Below, piece after piece: positions 1 to 8,939 of a stretch of 64,000 bases of DNA (within the stretch, counting starts at the first letter, position 1; each line of letters begins with the position of its first letter). The position numbers were made by a program, and so were the translations under genes. Origin of the DNA: Candidatus Bathyarchaeota archaeon. Its GTDB lineage: Archaea; Thermoproteota; Bathyarchaeia; Bathyarchaeales; Bathyarchaeaceae. Below the pieces are notes generated by a model. That model worked only from the letters and a program-made list of their open reading frames with translations. It did no database searches and was not told the DNA's origin. The DNA lies in assembly GCA_037386545.1 (NCBI GenBank), contig JARRLY010000006.1:24773-88772 (forward strand), written 5' to 3'.

Positions 1-84
1 ATGAAAGTCATCGACAAGCCAAAGGGTAAAAAACTGAAAGAAGAAGCCCCAGCAGAAACTGAAACTGCTGAAGCAGCTACATAA
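1..84 (+). CDS. 3' end of an unidentified gene (partial, runs off the window edge)
   Basis: The frame is open from base 1 to TAA at 82-84 (...KKLKEEAPAETETAEAAT*). No family recognised. Confidence 0.3.
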   Translation: MKVIDKPKGKKLKEEAPAETETAEAAT

Positions 85-246
85 TAAGTTTAGAATTAGT
101 TTTTATGGGCAACTTTTGCCCAGTATTTTTTGAAGTAATTAGTGGTTATTGCGTTTTTGAGTTTAATGTTTGTTTTTTGGTTTAAAGGAATAGCTTTTTT
201 AATAGTTTAGTTGTTGTTCTAGTCGTTAAAATGGAGTGTTTAGTCT

Positions 247-531
247 TTGTTGACCGAAATTCTAAGTGACCAACAGTTGATTGATTTGTATAATGAAGGC
301 GGCTATTTGATCTCTGTGGATTACCCAAAACAAGAAATCAAATTTCATACAATTGATTGTATGTTAGCTGACCCAATTAGTACGGTTGGAGTTAAACCCT
401 CAAAGGCAAAAGAAAGCCAATGCGGCGAAGTTTGGTATTCAAAAGAGCGTGACGAAGTTCTTGACAAGGCAGACAAAATTGTCAAAGAGAAAGGCTACAC
501 ATTAGAAATTTGTGCCATCTGCGACCGGTAA
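247..531 (+). CDS. Hypothetical small protein (94 aa, TTG start)
   Basis: ORF track only. It has scattered Cys residues (C..C at the C-terminus, 'CAICDR'). No family recognised. Confidence 0.35.
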   Translation: MLTEILSDQQLIDLYNEGGYLISVDYPKQEIKFHTIDCMLADPISTVGVKPSKAKESQCGEVWYSKERDEVLDKADKIVKEKGYTLEICAICDR

Positions 532-546
532 TAACCATTTTTTGCT

Positions 547-957
547 TCAAGTTTTTCTTGAAGTTTCCTGTTTTCTTTTTTTGTACTCTTTATACATGTT
601 TTCTACGTGTTTTCGGGTCACGTATCCTTTGTGGGGTCTAAACCCGCCTTTGAATCCGTGGGGAATGTGCATTAGCTCATGAAGTACTGTGCGTTCTTTG
701 TCTTCTTGGCTTAATTTGTCGTAGCGTTCACTTAAAACTTCAATAACATACGCCGGAGGCATTCCAAGAGCTTGTTGCCAAATTTTTCCGAACCCATGAA
801 TCCGAGCGATAATGCGTCGAGATTTTGAGCCCTCACTGCGAAAACAGTGAATATTTTTTGGAACTACATGAATTAACTCTAGTTGTTGGATGATTTCGTC
901 TGCTAGTTTTTGGACATCTGGTGCTTTTGAGTACTTCAATGGCACTTGTTGTTTCAC
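547..957 (-). CDS. Putative zinc metallopeptidase (HExxH, SprT/COG4900-like)
   Basis: 'VLHELMHIPHGF' HExxH motif in a 136-aa basic protein. The family assignment is from memory only. Confidence 0.5.
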   Translation of the reverse strand: MKQQVPLKYSKAPDVQKLADEIIQQLELIHVVPKNIHCFRSEGSKSRRIIARIHGFGKIWQQALGMPPAYVIEVLSERYDKLSQEDKERTVLHELMHIPHGFKGGFRPHKGYVTRKHVENMYKEYKKRKQETSRKT

Positions 958-1055
958 CTGAACTAGTTGAGCAAGTAGGCTGATGTTTCATATAAACTGT
1001 TTACAAAACTAGTTTTGTTCTATAATGAATTTTCAAAAGCATTAAATTTACAAAA

Positions 1056-1466
1056 TGGTGTACGAGGTAAGGAAGGAAATGGTATCAAGGTCTTGAAGGA
1101 ATGAGGTACTCCCCTACCTAATACTTTATTTTAGCTTTGAAACCTTTTGTTATTTTACATTTGTTAAAGCAGAATCATTAGTGGTGCTCAACTGTTTTGG
1201 GATAATAATTCAATCCTGAAGGTGAAAAAGAAGGCAGGGAAGAAAATGAAAAACGGTAAAAGCGGATTGATTGGATTGAAGGCGCTTCCCTACCCACTAC
1301 AAAAACAATCTTTGATTAAACTGGATATTTTATGGTTATTAATTCAAAATCAATACTTGCAATAAACAAACGAGATCAAAGTAAAAACGTGGACATGAAG
1401 CAAGGACACTTAGTGACATTGAATAAGAGGGAGTCCAAAACGAAATGAGGGCCTACCCTACCTCAG
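1056..1466 (+). repeat. Three spaced, GC-richer, purine-rich units, each ending in CCCTACC (possible tandem sRNA genes)
   Basis: CCCTACC occurs at 1112-1118, 1288-1294 and 1456-1462, a spacing of 176 and 168 nt. Each copy is preceded by TTGAA(G/T) and (A)TGAGG-like purine tracts and separated by AT-rich DNA. Units A and B can fold (AGGTA/TACCT; GGCAGGGAAG/CTTCCCTACC with one mismatch). Confidence 0.4.
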
Positions 1467-1555
1467 TCCACACTTGCATATTGAACTGATTAGTTATTTT
1501 AGCATTGTTAATCAACCCTCAATAATCAAACTAACGAAAACGTTCAACTCGAAAG

Positions 1556-1567
1556 TTTTAATATATA
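1556..1567 (+). promoter_or_regulatory. Candidate TATA box (with upstream purine-rich BRE-like 'cgaaag') for the aIF2-gamma gene
   Basis: 'TTTTAATATATA' is centred about 34 nt upstream of the ATG at 1595, which fits a short-leader archaeal promoter. Confidence 0.35.
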
Positions 1568-1594
1568 GTCTATTTTCTATGTTGCTAAGGATTC

Positions 1595-2875
1595 ATGATT
1601 ACTATGGCATCAACTGTTACACCTAAACGCAAAAAAGCTATGGCGTTACCTAAACAACCAGAAGTTAATATTGGTACTATTGGTCACGTCGACCATGGAA
1701 AAACTACTCTGGTTGAAGCAATAACAGGAGTTTGGGCAGCAAAACACAGCGAAGAACTCCGACGAGGCATCACCATCAAACTAGGTTATGCAGACGCTCC
1801 AATCTTCAAATGCCCAAAATGTGACGAACCAAAATGCTACACTTCAAACACTACTTGTTCTAGTTGTGGCGGCGAAGCAGAATTTGTACGAGCCATCAGT
1901 TTTGTTGACGCCCCCGGACATGAAGCTTTGATGGCAACTATGCTTTCAGGGGCAACTGTCATGGACGGCGCATTATTGATTATCGCTGCTAACGAAAAAT
2001 GTCCCCAACCTCAAACTCGGGAGCACCTAGCCGCTATCGAACTGGCTGGTGTAACTAACATCATTATTGTGCAAAACAAAATCGACATCGTGGACCAAAA
2101 ACGAGCCATGGAAAGCTACAAAGAAATCCAAGACTTCGTTAAAGGCACCGTAGCAGAAGGAAAACCAATCATTCCAGTTTCTGCGCAGCACATGGCAAAT
2201 GTTGATGCACTTTTGCAAGCTATAGAAAAATTCATACCCACACCAAAACGTGACCCAACTAAACCCCCCAGAATGTTTGTTGTTCGATCTTTTGACGTTA
2301 ACAAACCCGGAGATTCAATAGATGAAATCGACGGTGGAGTAATTGGTGGAAGCATTTTCCAAGGGAATTTTAAAGTAGGCGACGAAGTAGAAATCCGTCC
2401 AGGAATAAAAGTCAACAAACAAGGAAGAACATATTACGAACCCATTTTCACTCAGATAACAAGCTTAAATGCCGGCGGGAAACAAGTCCAAGAAGCAAAA
2501 AGCGGAGGACTTGTGGGAATTGGAACATATCTAGACCCATCGATGACCAAAGCGGACGGCCTAACCGGAAACATGGTGGGAAAGCCTAATTTGCTCCCCC
2601 CTACACGGTCTGAAATTGTTGTGGGAACTCACCTGTTGAAGCGGGCCATTGGAACTAAAGAGCTGGTGGAAGTTTCTAACATAATCAAGGATGAAAAACT
2701 GTTATTGGATGTTGGAACCACTATCACTATTGGAGTAGTGATGTCTTCAAAGAAAGACAGCGCTAAGCTTAAGCTCGCTCGACCAATCTGCGCTGAAGAG
2801 GGCGCAAGAGCAGCCATAAGCAGAAAAATCGGCGGTCGTTGGCGTCTTATTGGATATGGAATAATTCAAAGTTAG
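1595..2875 (+). CDS. eif2g: Translation initiation factor 2 subunit gamma (aIF2-gamma)
   Basis: GTPase motifs 'GHVDHGKTT', 'DAPGH' and 'QNKID'. Zinc knuckle 'CPKCDEPKC...CSSCGG'. C-terminal 'GRWRLIGYG'. The length is that of a full aIF2-gamma. Confidence 0.95.
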   Translation: MITMASTVTPKRKKAMALPKQPEVNIGTIGHVDHGKTTLVEAITGVWAAKHSEELRRGITIKLGYADAPIFKCPKCDEPKCYTSNTTCSSCGGEAEFVRAISFVDAPGHEALMATMLSGATVMDGALLIIAANEKCPQPQTREHLAAIELAGVTNIIIVQNKIDIVDQKRAMESYKEIQDFVKGTVAEGKPIIPVSAQHMANVDALLQAIEKFIPTPKRDPTKPPRMFVVRSFDVNKPGDSIDEIDGGVIGGSIFQGNFKVGDEVEIRPGIKVNKQGRTYYEPIFTQITSLNAGGKQVQEAKSGGLVGIGTYLDPSMTKADGLTGNMVGKPNLLPPTRSEIVVGTHLLKRAIGTKELVEVSNIIKDEKLLLDVGTTITIGVVMSSKKDSAKLKLARPICAEEGARAAISRKIGGRWRLIGYGIIQS

Positions 2876-2894
2876 CACTTGCTAGGTCAAGTGC

Positions 2895-2946
2895 ATCAAC
2901 CCAACTTTTGTTTATGGGTTGATCTAAACTAAAGTTTCTTTTTTTA
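2895..2946 (+). terminator. Hairpin plus oligo-T tract downstream of aIF2-gamma
   Basis: Perfect 9-bp inverted repeat ATCAACCCA (2895-2903) / TGGGTTGAT (2915-2923), followed by 'TTTCTTTTTTT'. Confidence 0.45.
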
Positions 2947-3226
2947 TGTAATGAAAGCAATTGTTCAAGACCCCAAATTGAACAAGTAAACTCGTTAAGT
3001 TCTGAATTCAAATAACTTTTAAAGCAATCTAACAGGCGGTCACAGTATTGAGGTCATGTTGAGTAGTCTGATTGTAGAGTTCATTCTAAAATGGGTTCTA
3101 ATACATCATCAATAAAACCATCAGCAAAGTAAAATTCCCACTAAAAACTTTTTCATGAATGTAATTATTTGATATTCAAGTTTTTTTCGTATAAAAAAAT
3201 TAATACAGATACCGAAGGAGATTGTA

Positions 3227-4531
3227 ATGTCAGAGCCGGGTGAAGAAACATATTCAACAATGTTCGCTTCCTTGAAACATCCAGCCCGCAGAAAAATTCT
3301 TCGAATGCTTGCAGAAAAACCAAAGAATTTCTCGAGAATCCTAGAAGAATTAGGAATTTCAAGCTCACATCTTACGTATCATCTTGAAAACCTTGGAGAA
3401 CTATTAACTAAACAAGACGACGGACGATACCGCCTTTCCAGCTTCGGGAAAGCAGCCGTATTAACAATGAAAGGGGTTGAAGAGGCCCCTGAAGTTCAAC
3501 CAAAAAGTGTGTTTATGTTACCGAAACAATGGCAAGTAGTTTTTGGTGCTTTAATGATTGTGATTGTTATTTTAGCAAGTTTTTCGTATGTGCAGGTTAC
3601 AGCACTAAATGATTTATCAACTCAACAAGAACAACTACAAAACGACTTTGACCAGCTATCCAATGACCATGAACGTCTACTGTCATGGGGAATATCCACT
3701 GATAGTGTTGTTAACTTTTTACAGGATGTAATCCAGTTAGACATGACCAAATACAGCGCTGAACTAGAACGCCACACGGTTGGTTATCGCGACGATTTAG
3801 GAGGAACAATTGAAGAATATTTAACGTATCGCCTTACATCTTTCGAAACTGAATTGTCTATAGATTTTAGGTTTAGAAACCAAGTGTTATCTCGTTACTA
3901 TCTTACAGTAATTGAGGGACCCCCCATCTATTCTGCCCCTCAATCTAAAAATTTGGTTGATTTTTCCAAAAACATTCTACAAAGATATCAAAATTATGCA
4001 GGTGGTTCATATTTAGATGAAATGAGAAATATGTTAACTCCAATTAACGAAGTAGAAAACATAGTAACAATTGAAGATGACATAAAACTCCTTATTACTA
4101 CAGAAGGAAACGACGTAGAAATGAGGTGGGCAAAAACAACCAAAGGCATAGATTTTCAAGCCAAAGGAGTTGTTCTTACTTTTGATGACGGAATACTTGA
4201 GTCAGTCACTGATGGCTGGTTGTTGTTTAATGTAGGTAACACCGACGTTAATTTTTCAGAGCAAGAAGCAATTCAAATCGCCCTTGAACATGCAAAAGAA
4301 TACTCGTGGACTGTAGACAACATAGAAATAACTGATTTTGTTATTATTGAAGAACCAGAATCCGTTAATTTATGGCCCCACATCAGGGATGAGCCATTAG
4401 ACTTGATTCCTTACTGGTATGTTGTTTTCAGACTGGACAAAGTGTACCCCGGAAACGTTAACAGCATCGGAATAGGCATATGGGCAGACACAGGAAAAAT
4501 CAGCGGATACAAAACGTCAAACATAGGATAA
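3227..4531 (+). CDS. Membrane-anchored ArsR-type wHTH protein with an extracytoplasmic PepSY-like C-terminal region
   Basis: N-terminal wHTH 'LKHPARRKILRML..NFSRILEELGISSSHLTYHLENL'. Single hydrophobic helix 'WQVVFGALMIVIVILASFSYV'. The C-terminus 'EQEAIQIALEHAKE...IGIWADTGKISGY' resembles PepSY. Confidence 0.6.
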   Translation: MSEPGEETYSTMFASLKHPARRKILRMLAEKPKNFSRILEELGISSSHLTYHLENLGELLTKQDDGRYRLSSFGKAAVLTMKGVEEAPEVQPKSVFMLPKQWQVVFGALMIVIVILASFSYVQVTALNDLSTQQEQLQNDFDQLSNDHERLLSWGISTDSVVNFLQDVIQLDMTKYSAELERHTVGYRDDLGGTIEEYLTYRLTSFETELSIDFRFRNQVLSRYYLTVIEGPPIYSAPQSKNLVDFSKNILQRYQNYAGGSYLDEMRNMLTPINEVENIVTIEDDIKLLITTEGNDVEMRWAKTTKGIDFQAKGVVLTFDDGILESVTDGWLLFNVGNTDVNFSEQEAIQIALEHAKEYSWTVDNIEITDFVIIEEPESVNLWPHIRDEPLDLIPYWYVVFRLDKVYPGNVNSIGIGIWADTGKISGYKTSNIG

Positions 4532-4561
4532 CCTGTTGTATTATTTGGAGAATCAGTAAAT

Positions 4562-4975
4562 TTGGCAGACTTCAAACATGAAACCTTAAAGGTAATTTTA
4601 GATGCCAACTTCTTTTTCATTCCTGCCCAGTTTCGCTTAGACATATTTGAAGAACTGGCAAAGCTGGTAAACAAACGCTTTGAACCCATTTTATTATCGT
4701 CAACAAAAAAGGAGCTTGAAGGACTAGCTCAATCAAATCCAAAAATTCAAAAACAAGCGGGGTTGGCTCTGAAGTTCGCAGAAAAATGCAGTTTTGTCAA
4801 TGTTGATAAAAAACCAAATGAAACTTATGACGACGTTGTAGTAAGAGTTGCTACAGAATGGAAGTGCCCTGTTGCTACAAATGATAAAGAAATGAAAAAG
4901 AGGCTTAGAGAAAAAGGCGTTACAACCATTTTTTTGAGGCAAAAAAGGCGTTTAGCCATGGAAGGAACAGTATAG
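4562..4975 (+). CDS. PIN-domain protein, Fcf1/Utp24-like (COG1412-type)
   Basis: 'VILDANFFF' and 'VATNDKEMKKRLREKG' PIN acidic pattern. It sits directly upstream of rpoE', as in the conserved archaeal cluster. TTG start. Confidence 0.7.
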   Translation: MADFKHETLKVILDANFFFIPAQFRLDIFEELAKLVNKRFEPILLSSTKKELEGLAQSNPKIQKQAGLALKFAEKCSFVNVDKKPNETYDDVVVRVATEWKCPVATNDKEMKKRLREKGVTTIFLRQKRRLAMEGTV

Positions 4976-5069
4976 GCTTATAAATGGGGTTGTCTTTTAT
5001 TTGGAAACGAAAGCTCATTTATGAGGCTTTCATGTAAATATCATCAAATTCAAGATTAGGTGAAATTGA

Positions 5070-5666
5070 GTGTTCAAGCTAGTAACTGTAGAAGACGCAA
5101 TTCGTATACCACCAGACAAGTTTGGAGAAGACATAAACAACGTCGGATATGACCAACTTAAAATGAAATATGATGGCATGGTAGACGAAGAATTGGGTTA
5201 CGTCATAGGAGTCACAAAAATCAACGTGAACCCATGTGGAAAAATCATCCCTGGAGATGGAGCAACATTCCATAAAGTTCAATTTTCTTTGCTTACCTTC
5301 TTCCCAAAAATACAAGAAGTAATTGAAGGAGAAGTAGTAGAAATCGCAGAATTCGGAGCCTTCGTTCGTATCGGACCGGTTGATGCCCTTTTGCACGTTT
5401 CACAATTAATGGATGATTACATTTCTTATGATGAACGACAAGGAGTTCTCATGGGGAAAGAAACAAAAAGAAAACTCCAAACAGGAGACAAGGTAAGAGT
5501 TAGAATAACAGCAGTATCCTTAGGACGTAGCGGCGGTTCAGGAAAAATCGGAGTAACAGCTAGGCAACCTTTCTTGGGTAAACTTGAATGGATTCAACAA
5601 GACGTAGGAAAAATAGAAGGAGCTACAGAAGAAGCACCAAATGACGCTGAAGCACCAGGAGAGTAA
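5070..5666 (+). CDS. rpoE: DNA-directed RNA polymerase subunit E' (Rpo7)
   Basis: N-terminal Rpo7 domain plus S1 domain 'GEVVEIAEFGAFVRIGPVDALLHVSQ'. Followed by spt4. Confidence 0.9.
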   Translation: MFKLVTVEDAIRIPPDKFGEDINNVGYDQLKMKYDGMVDEELGYVIGVTKINVNPCGKIIPGDGATFHKVQFSLLTFFPKIQEVIEGEVVEIAEFGAFVRIGPVDALLHVSQLMDDYISYDERQGVLMGKETKRKLQTGDKVRVRITAVSLGRSGGSGKIGVTARQPFLGKLEWIQQDVGKIEGATEEAPNDAEAPGE

Positions 5667-5671
5667 AATAA

Positions 5672-5857
5672 ATGACAGATAAAGCTTGCAGAATATGCCA
5701 TTTTATATCCAGTGGGTCGATTTGTCCGAACTGCAATGAATCAGATTTGAGTGATGACTTCTCCGGCGTAGTAGTTATAATTGATCCTGAAGGCTCAGCT
5801 ATTGCGAAGGCAATGAAGGTCAAAAAGAAAGGTCATTATGCTCTTCGAGTAAGGTAG
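5672..5857 (+). CDS. spt4: Transcription elongation factor Spt4 (RpoE'')
   Basis: 61-aa zinc ribbon 'CRIC...CPNC' immediately after rpoE'. Confidence 0.85.
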   Translation: MTDKACRICHFISSGSICPNCNESDLSDDFSGVVVIIDPEGSAIAKAMKVKKKGHYALRVR

Positions 5858-5887
5858 GTCACCATTATACGCATCATAACTGATGAA

Positions 5888-6388
5888 TTGCGTAAAGAAC
5901 TAAAGAACCCTCAGGGGATTTTAATTCAAGGCCCCTTTAGGGAAACCATGAAAAGACTCAAAAGTTACATAGCAAAAGAAAACCCTTCAACAATAATTTC
6001 TGTGGGAGACATAGTTTCTCAAAACCTTGTTGAGTCAGGAATTTCTGTAGATATTTTGATTGTTGACAACAAAACAATGCGTAAAACAATTCAACCAATC
6101 ACTGTTGAAGCACAACAAACGTTGTATGCAAAAAATCCTGCTGGAACAATAACAGATGAAGCATGGGATGCAATAAAACAAGCTTTACTTGGTAATGTGC
6201 GAACCAAGATAGTAATCGACGGCGAAGAAGATTTGCTTACTTTGGTTACTGTTTTGTCTGCCCCGGAAGATGCTTTTGTAGTTTATGGGCAACCCAAAGT
6301 TGGGGTTGTTTTGGTTAAAGTTACCGATGAAAGCCGCAAAAACATGCGGCGTATTGTTGATTTGATGGCTGATTCTTCGAAAAGCTAA
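5888..6388 (+). CDS. DUF359 / GTP-dependent dephospho-CoA kinase-like protein
   Basis: The size, the 'ISVGD...DILIVDNKTMR' pattern and the conserved position between spt4 and rps24e all fit. Confidence 0.65.
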   Translation: MRKELKNPQGILIQGPFRETMKRLKSYIAKENPSTIISVGDIVSQNLVESGISVDILIVDNKTMRKTIQPITVEAQQTLYAKNPAGTITDEAWDAIKQALLGNVRTKIVIDGEEDLLTLVTVLSAPEDAFVVYGQPKVGVVLVKVTDESRKNMRRIVDLMADSSKS

Positions 6389-6434
6389 AGTAAGGGGGAT
6401 GTGTCAATTCATCAGCAACTACGGAAGTGTAGCA

Positions 6435-6764
6435 ATGAAGGTTAGTATTACCTCTAAACAGCAAAATAATCTGATGAAAAGGAAAGAAGTGTCATTTTGT
6501 GTTGACCACTCTGATATTGGGGGCACACCAGCACGTGCTGAAGTTATTAATCAACTTGCATCAGTGTTGAAGATTAAACGTGAATTAGTTTACGTCACAA
6601 GCATGCAAACCAAAACAGGAACAATGACAACTGTTGGAAAAGCAAATGTTTACGACTCAGTTGAACAGGCGAAAAGTCTGGAACCAAAACACATAATCGC
6701 CCGAAACGCAGTTCCAGAAAAAGCTGATGAAACAGCCCCTGAAGAACCAAAGGAGGAAGAATAA
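6435..6764 (+). CDS. rps24e: 30S ribosomal protein S24e
   Basis: 'NNLMKRKEV.F.V.H....TP.R.EV...LA' S24e pattern. Start moved to the internal ATG (MKVSITSK...), giving the usual ~109 aa. Confidence 0.9.
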   Translation: MKVSITSKQQNNLMKRKEVSFCVDHSDIGGTPARAEVINQLASVLKIKRELVYVTSMQTKTGTMTTVGKANVYDSVEQAKSLEPKHIIARNAVPEKADETAPEEPKEEE

Positions 6765-6766
6765 AC

Positions 6767-6961
6767 ATGCCAAAAAAAGACGTTAAACAAAAAACTAAAC
6801 AAACTGAAAAGAAAAGCCACGAATTCTACGAAATAGAAGGCCAAGAAGTTAAACGCCTGCGCCCCAGTTGTGAAAGATGCGGTCCAGGATACTTTATGGC
6901 TGACCATGGAAACCGTTACACATGTGGTCATTGTGGTTTGACAAGATATAAACAACAATAA
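6767..6961 (+). CDS. rps27ae: 30S ribosomal protein S27ae
   Basis: Zinc ribbon 'CERCGPGYFMADHGNRYTCGHCG'. Adjacent to S24e. Confidence 0.9.
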   Translation: MPKKDVKQKTKQTEKKSHEFYEIEGQEVKRLRPSCERCGPGYFMADHGNRYTCGHCGLTRYKQQ

Positions 6962-6993
6962 CCACCCAATTTTGGGACAAGATGGGTCAAAAA

Positions 6994-7416
6994 ATGATTA
7001 AAGTGCGAGTTTTCTTGAAAAACATTTCTGCAGAAAACTACTGGGAAATCGGAAGACCCATCCCACCAGTAAAAATCGCCACCAACCTCAATGTTGTTGG
7101 GGTCAAGAAAAAAACCGAAGAGTTACTTGAAGTTCCCTTTGTTTTCACAATAAACTACAATCCAGCCGTAGCTCACATTAACTTCAAAGGAACAAGCCAC
7201 GTATCAGGCAAACCCGACGAACTAGAACAAATCATAAAAAACCACAAAGACAAAAAACCTCCCTCACCAGTTGTTCTTCAGTCAATATCTAACATTGTCT
7301 TTTTAGAGTCAGTAATATTGTGCCGAACACTAAACATTCCACCACCAATCCCGCTTCCAAAAATTGGTGTTTCAGGTCAAAAAAAGAAGCGCCCGGAACC
7401 AACTTACAGGGCATAA
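6994..7416 (+). CDS. Hypothetical protein
   Basis: The ORF has coding-like composition and is co-oriented with the ribosomal cluster. No family recognised. Confidence 0.4.
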   Translation: MIKVRVFLKNISAENYWEIGRPIPPVKIATNLNVVGVKKKTEELLEVPFVFTINYNPAVAHINFKGTSHVSGKPDELEQIIKNHKDKKPPSPVVLQSISNIVFLESVILCRTLNIPPPIPLPKIGVSGQKKKRPEPTYRA

Positions 7417-7529
7417 ATTAGTTCCTTTCTTACTTTTCTAAAAAACTAAACATTGACTCTAGTATGGGCCACGTTTTATTGATAAACAAAAAGAAAAAAT
7501 GAAAAGATAGTTGGGTATGAGCCAAACTC

Positions 7530-7937
7530 TTACTTGAGTGGCACATACATTGAAGACCTAGACGCACCGATACCTGGTTGACCATGTCTTACAGGTTTGT
7601 TGGTTATGGCAAATTCGCCTAGGTAGCAGCCCATCATTTCGGGTATGATGTCAACGGGTACAAATTCTTTTCCGTTGTGAATTAACAATGTAGCACCCAC
7701 CATCTCAGGGAGTACCACCATGTCACGAGCGTGAGTTTTAACAGACGCTTTTGCGTCACCTTTTTGGTTTCGTTTGGCAACTCGGATGTTTTCTAGAAGC
7801 GTCCTTTGTGTTTGATTAAGCCCACGTTGCAGACTTCTGCGTTGCCGGGAAGGAAGCAACTTTATGAACTCATCCATGGACATGCGTTGCAGTTCCTCAA
7901 TTGAATGACCGCGATACATGAATATTTTCTTCGGCAT
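7530..7937 (-). CDS. rps19p: 30S ribosomal protein uS19 (S19P/S15e)
   Basis: '[40 protein letters not shown]' S19 signature. Confidence 0.9.
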   Translation of the reverse strand: MPKKIFMYRGHSIEELQRMSMDEFIKLLPSRQRRSLQRGLNQTQRTLLENIRVAKRNQKGDAKASVKTHARDMVVLPEMVGATLLIHNGKEFVPVDIIPEMMGCYLGEFAITNKPVRHGQPGIGASRSSMYVPLK

Positions 7938-8065
7938 ATTTTACGCACTCACCCCCTTTTTGCGTAACTGGATTTATTAAACATTTCTAAGAAGCAAGGC
8001 CAAACTGAGTAATCTTAAGCATATTACTATCCCAATAAAAATTCTATATTAAAAAGAACCATTTT

Positions 8066-8866
8066 TCATAAAACAAAAGCCCTAAAAAAAGTCTGCTTGC
8101 TTTTCTTTTTCGGCGAATCAGGAATAACCCATGAACCATCACAAACTGCAGAATTCAAATTGAAACTCTCTCGACAACAGCCAAACTTCATACCATTTTC
8201 TTCTATCACTCTTTTTGCTTGGTTCATCAAATCATATCGAAAAGCTTGAGGCAAATAAGTTGAACCCGAAATTCGATCCCCATCACTGAAATAATAAGGT
8301 TTTAATTTTTTTGCAATATCAGGAAAAACTGCACTAAACCGTTTCCAATTATCAGGTTTAATTTTATAACTTGAACAAGTAACATGTGAAACACCTAATT
8401 CTGCAACTTTTTTTACAAGCAAGCTCAAATCGTCATTGAGAAATGGAATAATAGGATCAATCCGAACTGTAGTTGGAATGCGGAAGTCAACAAGTTTTTT
8501 AATTGCAGCTAATCGCTTTGAAGAAACAGAAGCTCCAGGCTCAAGTTTTTTGCAAAGAGAATCATCTAAAGTCAAAACAGTAACAGAGACAACACAAGAA
8601 ATAGCTTGTAGAATGTCAATGTCTCGTGTTACAAGTTCAGATTTTGTGATTATCTGAAGTTTACAATTACTGTTCGCCAATATTTGGAGACAATCACGGG
8701 TAAGTTGTAGGTTCTTTTTGGGTCGACATTCATGAAAACGGGGAATGTACGAAGACGCATAACAATAAAGGCAGCCATGGTCACATCCCGTATAAGGGTT
8801 AAAAGTTAATTTAGATGAACATGTGCACATTGGAGACTTCCAAGGGTCAAATTCAGTTAGCAACAT
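8066..8866 (-). CDS. Radical SAM protein (SplB/COG1533-like)
   Basis: 'CDHGCLYCYA' CxxxCxxC cluster motif after 'FDPWKSPMCTC'. Confidence 0.75.
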   Translation of the reverse strand: MLLTEFDPWKSPMCTCSSKLTFNPYTGCDHGCLYCYASSYIPRFHECRPKKNLQLTRDCLQILANSNCKLQIITKSELVTRDIDILQAISCVVSVTVLTLDDSLCKKLEPGASVSSKRLAAIKKLVDFRIPTTVRIDPIIPFLNDDLSLLVKKVAELGVSHVTCSSYKIKPDNWKRFSAVFPDIAKKLKPYYFSDGDRISGSTYLPQAFRYDLMNQAKRVIEENGMKFGCCRESFNLNSAVCDGSWVIPDSPKKKSKQTFFRAFVL

Positions 8867-8939
8867 GGTTTCTGACCAAACAAAAATACTTGAAATAGAA
8901 GCTTATTTTAAATTTGCCTACAGAGTTAAAAAATGAAAG

